NCBI GenBank assembly: GCA_029556545.1
Contig: JAKQEQ010000084.1
Location: forward strand, 305-64,304
DNA: 64,000 nucleotides
Reading direction: 5' to 3'
Source of the DNA: Candidatus Hydrogenedentota bacterium
GTDB taxonomy: Bacteria; Hydrogenedentota; Hydrogenedentia; Hydrogenedentales; JAGMZX01
In this document: one piece after another, positions 19,387 through 27,531 of the stretch
How the letters are laid out: every line of letters starts with the position of its first letter
Position numbering within the stretch: position 1 is the stretch's first letter
Translations under genes and position numbers: made by a program
Notes under the pieces: model-generated
What the model saw: only the letters and a program-made list of their open reading frames with translations
What the model was told of the DNA's origin: nothing
Databases searched by the model: none

Positions 19387-21963
19387 ATGCCGGGACAAAC
19401 ACCGAAAAACGAACTTCGTGGCGAGACCGCGTTGCGGCGGATTACGCCCGACGCCGTCGAGCACATGCGCGAGGCCATCGCGGAAACAGGCGGTCGCGAA
19501 GTGTTCTTCGCGGGGACCCTGGACCCGACGGGGCGCGTGTTTGAGGTGCGGGTCTGCGCGCGCGGCACCGAGGCCGCGGTCCCGGCGCTATTCGAGGGAC
19601 TCCGCGTGCGCGACGTGGTCCTGCACAACCACCCGTCCGGGGGACTCGAACCAAGCGACGCGGACCTCGAACTGGCCTCGGTATACAGCGCGCACGGGCA
19701 CGGCGTCTTCATCGTGGACAACGCGGTAAGCCGCGTCTACGTGGTGGTCGAGCCCTTCCTGGCCCAAGACGCCGAGCCGTTGGACCCCAAAGAACTGGCG
19801 CGGTTCTTCCGGCCAGACGGAAAACTCGCGCGGACGCTGCCCCATTTCGAGGTGCGCCCGCAGCAGGCCGAGATGATGGACGCCGTCGCCCAGGCGTTCA
19901 ACCATGACGGCATCGCGGCGATCGAGGCGCCCACAGGGGTCGGGAAGACCGTGGCCTATCTGCTGCCCGCGGCGCTCTGGGCGGTGCGCAACAAGGAGCG
20001 CGTGGTCGTCTCGACCCGGACCATCAACCTCCAGGAGCAGATCGTCCACAAGGACATCCCGCTGCTTCAGCGATGCCTGAAGGAGAAGTTCACCAGTTGT
20101 CTCGTGAAAGGCCGGGGCAACTACCTCTGTCTGCGCAAGCTGGAACGACTGCTCTCCGAGGCCTCGCTGTTTGACGACGCCGGTCTGCGCGCCCAAATTC
20201 AGGCACTCGTGGAGTGGGCCGGGAACACGACGGAAGGCGACCGGGAGGACCTGCCCTTCGTCCCCGAACGCGACCTGTGGGACCGCGTGTGCTCCGAGTC
20301 CGACACCTGCGCGATGGGGCGCTGCCCCGACCAGCAGAAGTGTTTCGTAACCCGCGCGCGCCGCCAGATCGCGAAAGCGGACATTCTGGTGGTGAACCAT
20401 CACATGCTCTTCGCCGACCTCGCGATCAAGAAGGAACTCGGCGACTTCTCCGCCCTCTCCGTGCTCCCCTCCTATCAGCGCCTGGTCTTCGACGAGGCGC
20501 ACAGCATCGAGGATTCCGCCACCGAGTACATGGGCGCGAACGCGACCCGCCTGGGCGCGCTGGCCACGCTCGGTCGGTTCCTCCGCGCCGAGCGCGGCCA
20601 GGAACGCGGCCTCATCCCGTTCCTGCGCCTGAAACTGGTCAAGGAATGCTCCCAACTTGGGATAGACCAGTTCGAGGTGATCCAGCGGATCATCGAGCAA
20701 CAGATCCTGCCCGAATTGGCGCTTGTGCGCGAGACCTTGGGTGCGGTATTCGACGCTCTGCGCGCGCTCGCGGCGGCCAAATGCGGCCAGATCGGCCGCG
20801 AAATCAAGTGGCGGCTCACCCCGGAGATCTTGCGGGACCCCGAGGTGCGCGCCGTCCATGCGGAACAGGTCGCGCCCGCGGTCGAGGCCGTGTCAAAGCT
20901 GGTGCAGTCGTGTACGGCGCTGCTGCGGCGCTTGCAGGCGATCCCCCCCGACCCCGAAGCCAAAGCTTCGCCCATCGAACTCGAAATGCTCCAGTTGAGC
21001 GCCTACACAAAGCGGCTCGAACGCCTGGCGCTGGTCTTGGCCGAATCAACCAGCGAAGAACTCGCCGAGAACACGGTGCGCTGGATCGAAATTGACGCGG
21101 AGAACGCGAATTTCGTGCGCGTCGCCCGGTGCCCGCTCGAAGTGGGCAAGCCCATGGCCGACTGGCTCTACGGCAACCTCAAGACGGTCGTTATGACTTC
21201 CGCCACATTAACGGTGCGCCGCGAGTTTGATTACCTCTTCGGGCGGCTGGGACTTGACCTGGTCCCCCGCGACCGTGTGCAGGCCGCCTGCCTCGATACG
21301 CCGTTCGACTTCGGCGATCAGGCGCTGCTCGGCATCATGACCGACTTGGTCTCCCCGAGTGAGAAGGGATTCCTGGAAGAGTCCGTCGGCGCGGTCCGCG
21401 AAGTCCTGCGCGCCACCCGGGGCCACGCCTTTGTCCTGTTCACCTCGTTCTACGCCCTCGACTTCACCTACCGGCGGCTGCACGAGGAACTGCGCGCGCA
21501 GGGTATTACGCCGCTAAAGCAAGGCGAGGCATCCCGCACCCAACTCCTCGATCGATTCCGGATCGACGCCGCAAGCGTCCTCTTCGCCACGGACAGCTTC
21601 TGGGAAGGCGTCGACGTTGCCGGCCGCGCGCTGCAGTGTGTTATACTCCCTCGGCTTCCGTTCCGGGTGCCCACCGAGCCCGTCCTCGAGGCCCGCGCCG
21701 AAGCCATCGACGCCCGCGGCGGCAACTCGTTCCTGAGCTATTCCGTTCCTCAGGCGGTCATCAAATTCCGGCAGGGCTTCGGACGGCTCATCCGCCGCCG
21801 TACGGACCGGGGGGCGGTGGTCGTGCTCGATTCGCGGATCGTGACCAAGTACTATGGCCGCATCTTCGTGGAATCACTCCCGCGCGCGCGGATTGTTCGG
21901 GGCGCGCGCAAGGAAGTGCTCCACGCTTTGAACCGATTCTTCGAATCGGTTCGAGAGGACTGA
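19387..21963 (+). CDS. dinG: JAB/MPN(+) domain fused to a DinG/XPD-family Fe-S helicase
   Basis: The N-terminal ~130 aa carry the full JAMM signature: E in GGREVFF, then HNHPSGGLEPSDAD (HxHx7Sx2D). This is followed by APTGVGKT (Walker A), the Cys cluster CLRKLE...VCSESDTCAMGRCPDQQKCF, DEAHSIED, and a C-terminal helicase domain. The start ATG is at 19387; the upstream part of the ORF track is R/P-rich junk. Confidence 0.9.
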   Translation: MPGQTPKNELRGETALRRITPDAVEHMREAIAETGGREVFFAGTLDPTGRVFEVRVCARGTEAAVPALFEGLRVRDVVLHNHPSGGLEPSDADLELASVYSAHGHGVFIVDNAVSRVYVVVEPFLAQDAEPLDPKELARFFRPDGKLARTLPHFEVRPQQAEMMDAVAQAFNHDGIAAIEAPTGVGKTVAYLLPAALWAVRNKERVVVSTRTINLQEQIVHKDIPLLQRCLKEKFTSCLVKGRGNYLCLRKLERLLSEASLFDDAGLRAQIQALVEWAGNTTEGDREDLPFVPERDLWDRVCSESDTCAMGRCPDQQKCFVTRARRQIAKADILVVNHHMLFADLAIKKELGDFSALSVLPSYQRLVFDEAHSIEDSATEYMGANATRLGALATLGRFLRAERGQERGLIPFLRLKLVKECSQLGIDQFEVIQRIIEQQILPELALVRETLGAVFDALRALAAAKCGQIGREIKWRLTPEILRDPEVRAVHAEQVAPAVEAVSKLVQSCTALLRRLQAIPPDPEAKASPIELEMLQLSAYTKRLERLALVLAESTSEELAENTVRWIEIDAENANFVRVARCPLEVGKPMADWLYGNLKTVVMTSATLTVRREFDYLFGRLGLDLVPRDRVQAACLDTPFDFGDQALLGIMTDLVSPSEKGFLEESVGAVREVLRATRGHAFVLFTSFYALDFTYRRLHEELRAQGITPLKQGEASRTQLLDRFRIDAASVLFATDSFWEGVDVAGRALQCVILPRLPFRVPTEPVLEARAEAIDARGGNSFLSYSVPQAVIKFRQGFGRLIRRRTDRGAVVVLDSRIVTKYYGRIFVESLPRARIVRGARKEVLHALNRFFESVRED

Positions 21964-21968
21964 GATTC

Positions 21969-23345
21969 ATGGACGATGCCATTCGTATCGACGCAACCCG
22001 CGCGCTGTCGAGCGCCGTGGGCGAGGCACACGGGGTCGCCGAGGCGGAACTGGACGCCATCGCCCCGCGCGTGCGCCAATTGCACGGAATCCTCGCCGAA
22101 GAGCGCGCAACCGCGAAATACGGCTTCTACGACCTCTACAAAGACACCGACGTCATCGATCGCGTCAAGGCGGAGGCGGATCGGTTTCACGCGATGGGTT
22201 ACGAGAACCTCGTGGTGCTCGGCATCGGCGGTTCCGCCCTCGGCTTGACCGCCCTCCACACCGCGCTCCACCCGCCGTACTACAACTTGCGCGACCCGAA
22301 GGCGCGCGACGGGCGGCCCCGGCTGTTCGTCATGGACAATATCGATCCGACGACCTTCGCACAGATGATGCGGCTGTGCCCGCCCGAGAAGACCCTGTAT
22401 AACGCTATCTCGAAATCGGGCGAGACCGCCGAGACGATGCTGCAACTGCTCGTGATCATCGAACCGCTCGAACGCGCCATGGGCAAGGACGGCGTGAAGG
22501 ATCACCTCGTCATCACCACGAGCCCGGACCGCGATCGGGTTCCCAATGCACCCATAAGTCTGCTACGACCGGTGGCGAAGAAATACGGCCTGACGGCCTT
22601 CGATATCCCCGTGAACGTCGGAGGACGCTTCTCCGTCTTCTCGCAGGTCGGGATGTTTCCCGCCGCCGTCCTCGGACTGGATATCGACGGCATGATGGCC
22701 GGCTGCGCGGCCATGGACGCCCGGTGCGGCCAACCGGATTTGCACGCGAACCCCGCCTACTTGCGCGCCGCCCTGCATTATCTCCTCGATACCCGCAAGG
22801 GCAAGACGATATCGGTCATGATGCCTTACGCGGACGGCCTGCGCAGCGTCGCCGACTGGTACTGCCAACTCTGGGCTGAGAGTCTGGGCAAGCAGTACGA
22901 CCTGGACGGCAAGAACGTCTTTGCCGGTCAGACGCCGGTCAAGGCGCTGGGCGCCACCGACCAGCACTCCCAGGTCCAACTCTACCGCGAAGGCCCCAAC
23001 AACAAGGTATTCAATATCGTCGAGGTCGCGGAGTTCAGCGAGACCCTGCCCGTGCCGAACACCCTGCAATGCGTGCCGGAACTCGAATACCTACGCGGCG
23101 CGACCATGAATAAGCTTATGGCCGCGGAGTTGCAGGGAACAGTGGACGCCCTTACGCTGAGCAAGCGGCCCGTCATCCGCGTCACGCTGCCGCGTCTCAA
23201 CGCCGGTACCGTGGCGCAACTCCTTTACATGCTCGAAGTCGAGACCGCCATGGCCGGGCGCTTGTATCACGTCAATGCGTTCGATCAGCCCGGCGTCGAG
23301 GAAGGCAAGCGCATCGCGCGCGAACTCATGGGAGCCGACTGTTGA
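21969..23345 (+). CDS. pgi: Glucose-6-phosphate isomerase
   Basis: PGI signature DIPVNVGGRFSVFSQVG. About 458 aa starting at MDDAIRID. Confidence 0.92.
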   Translation: MDDAIRIDATRALSSAVGEAHGVAEAELDAIAPRVRQLHGILAEERATAKYGFYDLYKDTDVIDRVKAEADRFHAMGYENLVVLGIGGSALGLTALHTALHPPYYNLRDPKARDGRPRLFVMDNIDPTTFAQMMRLCPPEKTLYNAISKSGETAETMLQLLVIIEPLERAMGKDGVKDHLVITTSPDRDRVPNAPISLLRPVAKKYGLTAFDIPVNVGGRFSVFSQVGMFPAAVLGLDIDGMMAGCAAMDARCGQPDLHANPAYLRAALHYLLDTRKGKTISVMMPYADGLRSVADWYCQLWAESLGKQYDLDGKNVFAGQTPVKALGATDQHSQVQLYREGPNNKVFNIVEVAEFSETLPVPNTLQCVPELEYLRGATMNKLMAAELQGTVDALTLSKRPVIRVTLPRLNAGTVAQLLYMLEVETAMAGRLYHVNAFDQPGVEEGKRIARELMGADC

Positions 23346-25096
23346 GTCACCCCGAGATCGAGGAAGCATTACCCTCCGATCGGTCCGGAAAACCGGGGGA
23401 CTCCATCGGCGCGCGCCGCATCCGGCACGCGTTCCGCTTCGCCGTACTGGCGTGCGTCGTCGCCACCCTCACGCTGTGGTTCGCCGAGAACTACCTCCGG
23501 TACCCGAAACCCGAGCGACTCTACCGCATGGCCCTCCTGCATGAGGATGACTCGGCGCGCGCGTTATTGCGCAACCTGGTTCCGAAGGACGACGAGATTC
23601 CGCAAGACCCGCGATTCGGAACCTATCTGGCCGCACTCGCGTTCATCGAGGACGGCACATGGGAGCGGCAACGACAGGGCATCTACGAGTCCTACGCGGT
23701 CGACCCCCTGGTCATCGAGCGCTACGAACAGGCCCTCGGCGCGGACAAGGAAAACCCTTTCATCCTGACGTTGTTCGGCTGTGCGCTCTTTCTTGACGGT
23801 CAGTACACACGCGCGCGCGACGTGTTTCGCGACGCACGCCGCTTCACCCCCGCGGAAGACGCGTTGCCCGCGTATCTCGAAGCGGCGGCGCGCGCGCACC
23901 TCGGTGAGATGGGCGAAGCCCTGAGCCTTATCCGGCAGACCAGCGGCAACCCCGCAATGCGCATTCACATACCCGAGCCCCTTTGGCACCCCAGTCTGCC
24001 CCGTCAAGGTATGTGGTACGCCCACGTCCAGCGCCGACTGACCGAGCGCGTCCTCGCGCCCCTCGTCGCGCTCAAGAACCTCGTCTGCTCGCGCGCGGGA
24101 CGCCACGCCCCCGAGTCCCCCGCCCCGAACACACCCACGCAGGATGCCGGAGGAGGCGCGCAACCCGCCTTCGACAAGGAAGCATGGCTTCAGGAGGTGG
24201 AAACGCTGGGACGCCGCCTGCTGGCCGTCCCGCCCAGCGCGACCGGGGCGGGCGCGGCGCAGGTCGACGCGACGGTCGGCGAGAGCATCGCCCGGACACT
24301 GACCACGCTGCAAGCCCGACTGAGCCTCACGTTCCAGCAGGAGGCCCTGCGCCTGCGCTTGCAGAGTGTCTCATTGCCCGCCGCGGACCGCGAAGCCGCC
24401 CGCCGCCGCCTGCAACTGATCGAGGACGCCCAGGCACAACTCCAGGCGTTCGACGAGACGCGATCCGAACGGGTACTGCAGCACGCCGTGGTCGTGAATC
24501 GGCCCGGAGTCCTCTGTTTCCAGACGCTCGCCGCGTGCCTCGCGGCCTACGCCCTGGCATACCTCCTCGGCAAGCTGCTCCACGCCGGACGCACAGCCTG
24601 GGCCGTGCCCCATCCCTCTTGGGTGCTCGCGAGTCTCGGCGCGGTCTTCCTCCTGCTGCTTCTCATCCTGCTGACCCTACTGCTCATCGGCAGCGTCACA
24701 CGCCAGCCGGGCGCCTGGCTTGACGGCTGCTCCTACGCGTGGTACGGGCTCGTCGCGTCCCTCATGCTTGCCGGGCTCGCCTATCCGCGGCTGCTGCTGC
24801 GCCGCGCGACGACCGGCCCGTCGCCGTCCCACGACTCCGCGCCCGAGCCCCCATCGCGCACGGCATCCCCCGCCGTCCGCGGCGATACCCGCGCCTATGC
24901 TGGCATGTTACGCCGCTATTACGGCATGCTTGCGGCCACTTTCCTCGTGTTCCTCTGCGTGTACGCCATCGCACACCGCCTGATCACCGGTTTGTATCCG
25001 TTTATCCACGCAAAGCTTCTTATCTCCGGCCTCCAGCAGGAGGAACTTGACCTCGTGCTCCGCGTGCGGTTCCTGCTCGATGGCGCCATGTTCTAG
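23342..25096 (+). CDS. Hypothetical polytopic membrane protein
   Basis: The TTG start overlaps the pgi stop (TTGA). An N-terminal TM is followed by a soluble region and several C-terminal TM helices. No family recognised. Confidence 0.75.
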   Translation: MSHPEIEEALPSDRSGKPGDSIGARRIRHAFRFAVLACVVATLTLWFAENYLRYPKPERLYRMALLHEDDSARALLRNLVPKDDEIPQDPRFGTYLAALAFIEDGTWERQRQGIYESYAVDPLVIERYEQALGADKENPFILTLFGCALFLDGQYTRARDVFRDARRFTPAEDALPAYLEAAARAHLGEMGEALSLIRQTSGNPAMRIHIPEPLWHPSLPRQGMWYAHVQRRLTERVLAPLVALKNLVCSRAGRHAPESPAPNTPTQDAGGGAQPAFDKEAWLQEVETLGRRLLAVPPSATGAGAAQVDATVGESIARTLTTLQARLSLTFQQEALRLRLQSVSLPAADREAARRRLQLIEDAQAQLQAFDETRSERVLQHAVVVNRPGVLCFQTLAACLAAYALAYLLGKLLHAGRTAWAVPHPSWVLASLGAVFLLLLLILLTLLLIGSVTRQPGAWLDGCSYAWYGLVASLMLAGLAYPRLLLRRATTGPSPSHDSAPEPPSRTASPAVRGDTRAYAGMLRRYYGMLAATFLVFLCVYAIAHRLITGLYPFIHAKLLISGLQQEELDLVLRVRFLLDGAMF

Positions 25097-25225
25097 TCGC
25101 GCAAGACCGGCAGCGCCCGGCGATGGTCACCAAATAATGGAGGCAGAACTCCGAAAATCCGCACGCGCCATCCCCGCACCACGTGCCTCTGAATAGCGAA
25201 AACCGAGATATTCGTCAGGAGAGAG

Positions 25226-25255
25226 TTGACAATAGGGCTGCGACTGCTGTACAAT
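25226..25255 (+). promoter_or_regulatory. Candidate promoter TTGACA-N18-TACAAT
   Basis: TTGACA at 25226-25231 and TACAAT at 25250-25255, about 115 nt upstream of the response-regulator gene. Confidence 0.55.
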
Positions 25256-25370
25256 ATTGGCAAACGGCGCAAAATGTGAATTCCTGCATCGCGCGCCACC
25301 CCACAAGACCGTTGTGCGTTAGAGATTGCGCTGTTAGGGGCCAGTAGTCACTACGAAGGAGAATGAGAAA

Positions 25371-25958
25371 ATGGCTGGAGACCGCGAACAAAAGGCGTTC
25401 ACCACCTTCGAGGCAGCGAAGATTTGCCATGTCACGCACCACAGCATCAAGAACTGGATCAAGCAGGGCCTGATCAAAGCCTCCAGAACCCCCGGCGGCC
25501 ATTACCGCATTCTCGAAGAAGACCTCGACCGCTTCCGCGAGAAGTACGACATGTTCCCCCGCGAAAAGGGTCCCGTCAAGCGCCGCATCATGATTGTCGA
25601 TGACGACCCCGACGCCCTCGCCCTGATGGAGAAGATTCTCAACGACGAGGGATTCGAACTCGTCAAGGTCAGCAACGCCACCGAGGTCGGCCTCAAGGCC
25701 GCACAGCTCACGCCGGACCTCATCCTCCTCGACTTCCTCATGCCGGAGATCAACGGCTTCGAAGTCTGCAAGGCCCTGCGCGACAACGACATGACCCGCA
25801 GTATCCCCATCATGGCCGTCACCTGCCTCACCAAAGAACGCGACATCGAACGCATCTTCGCCTGCGGCGCCGACGAATACCTCGCCAAACCCTTCAAGGT
25901 CGACCAACTCCTCGACAAGGTCAAAGAACTCATCGGACGCGGCCGCGCCATCGATTGA
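25371..25958 (+). CDS. Response regulator with an N-terminal excisionase/MerR-type HTH followed by a receiver domain
   Basis: The HTH segment reads FTTFEAAKICHVTHHSIKNWIKQGLIKASRTPGGHYRI. The receiver reads RIMIVDDDPD...LILLDFLMPEINGFE...GADEYLAKPF. AAGGAGA lies upstream of the start. Confidence 0.9.
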   Translation: MAGDREQKAFTTFEAAKICHVTHHSIKNWIKQGLIKASRTPGGHYRILEEDLDRFREKYDMFPREKGPVKRRIMIVDDDPDALALMEKILNDEGFELVKVSNATEVGLKAAQLTPDLILLDFLMPEINGFEVCKALRDNDMTRSIPIMAVTCLTKERDIERIFACGADEYLAKPFKVDQLLDKVKELIGRGRAID

Positions 25959-26038
25959 CCGCCCACGAGGCAACGAGAGTCAGGGGATTTGGAAGGCGAC
26001 GATTCCTCTGTCCTGAGGGAAAGGCCTAGAGAGCAGAT

Positions 26039-26074
26039 CGCATAGGACGCATAGATCTCATAGGACACATAAAC
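26039..26074. repeat. Degenerate 9-bp tandem repeat (about 4 units)
   Basis: Units read gcataggac | gcatagatc | tcataggac | acataaaca. It lies in a convergent intergenic region. Confidence 0.6.
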
Positions 26075-26146
26075 ACCGGATCCCCCGCCGCATGAACCAG
26101 ACCAGAGCGGCAGGGACTCAACCGGTAACGTCGCCCCCCGCGCGGG

Positions 26147-27322
26147 TCAATCGCCTTCCTGAAGCCGTTTAACCTGCTCGCCTTTGAGCATTTCGTGTGC
26201 TTCGGCGAGGTAGCCGGGTATCCTGGCCGCATGGGGCGAACGCTTCAGGCAATCGCTGAGATCGTACTCGCGAACGCGGTCCGCCTTGTTCCCCGGAAAC
26301 CAATTTCCGCCCTCGCCGAGCAGGTTGTAGCGCATCTTCGCGTATTCGAGCATGTCGAACGCCAGGACGAGATTGCGCAGGCGCAGTATCCACTCGATGT
26401 TGACCTCGCCCGGCGCTTCGTGCCAACGCGGCAACCCCTGGTCCCACGTGGCGGCCCAGTCCTCCCCGAGTACCCGCGCCATCTCCTCGCGGAGGCGGCG
26501 CTCGATGGGCGCGACGGTCTCCCGGGCGCGCGGCAACAGCCGGACCGTCTCCATGTGAATGTCGAAGTCCTCGGGCCGCGCGACGCCGCAACTCAGCGTG
26601 TGGACCTCGGGGCGCGCAAGACAGAACAGCCCGTTGAACACCATCGGGTGCAGCGGCTCGCACAGCCGCAGCAGCTTCTCGCTGGGCCGGTAGAGCATCC
26701 CCGCTTTGTCGTTCGGGCTGATGATGAACACGCCCATGTCGCGGCGGCGCGCTTCGAGAATGTTCTCCCAGTGGTCCTGGTAGATGAAGTACCAGTGCAG
26801 GTTAACGTGCTCGAACACGTCTTGCTCGATAGCCTTGCGGACGATTTCGACGCCGCCGTGGGTGCTGAACCCGATGTCGCGGATGCGGCCCTCCCGCTTC
26901 CATTGTTGCGCCGTGTCGAGACAGGCCAGCGTCGCTTCGAGCGTCGCCTCGTCGTTGATCCCGTGAAACGAAAACAAATCGATGTAGTCCAGGCGCAGCA
27001 GGCTCATCGACTTTTCGAACGTGTCGATAAATTCCTTCACTTCCTTTTTCGGGCCGACCTTCGTCTGCACGATGATCTGGTCGCGCGGCAGCGTCGGGAG
27101 AATCTTCCCCAGTTGCATTTCGCTCGTACCGTAACCGCGCGCCGTCTCGACGTGATTGATGCCGAGTTCGAGGGATCGACGCACGCACGCCTCGACGTTC
27201 CGCTGGCTGTCCTCCGCTATCGGCTCGTCTTCTTTCCAACCCTGCTGGAACCGCATCCCGCCGCACGAAATCACCGGGATTTGAAGTTCCGTCTTGCCAA
27301 AACGGCGATACTCCATGCTCAA
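26147..27322 (-). CDS. Aldo/keto reductase family oxidoreductase
   Basis: YRRFGKTELQIPVISCGGMRF...GINHVETARGYG is typical of the AKR N-terminus. 391 aa. Confidence 0.9.
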   Translation of the reverse strand: MSMEYRRFGKTELQIPVISCGGMRFQQGWKEDEPIAEDSQRNVEACVRRSLELGINHVETARGYGTSEMQLGKILPTLPRDQIIVQTKVGPKKEVKEFIDTFEKSMSLLRLDYIDLFSFHGINDEATLEATLACLDTAQQWKREGRIRDIGFSTHGGVEIVRKAIEQDVFEHVNLHWYFIYQDHWENILEARRRDMGVFIISPNDKAGMLYRPSEKLLRLCEPLHPMVFNGLFCLARPEVHTLSCGVARPEDFDIHMETVRLLPRARETVAPIERRLREEMARVLGEDWAATWDQGLPRWHEAPGEVNIEWILRLRNLVLAFDMLEYAKMRYNLLGEGGNWFPGNKADRVREYDLSDCLKRSPHAARIPGYLAEAHEMLKGEQVKRLQEGD

Positions 27323-27531
27323 TGCCTTTCCGTCCGCTTATCGTTGGCTGGTCCCCATCCCGGACATCGCCAAGTCCCTTCGTCCCCGTGCGCCAGCATA
27401 GCACATCGTCAGGCGCGTCGCGTAGCCTTTGGCGGCATACGCGCCGGGCCGCCTTGCCCGGTTCTTTTTCTTGCGCGCCGCATGGTAGCATGACCGGCGA
27501 CCGACGCGTTCAACCGAGGGAGAGGCGAACC

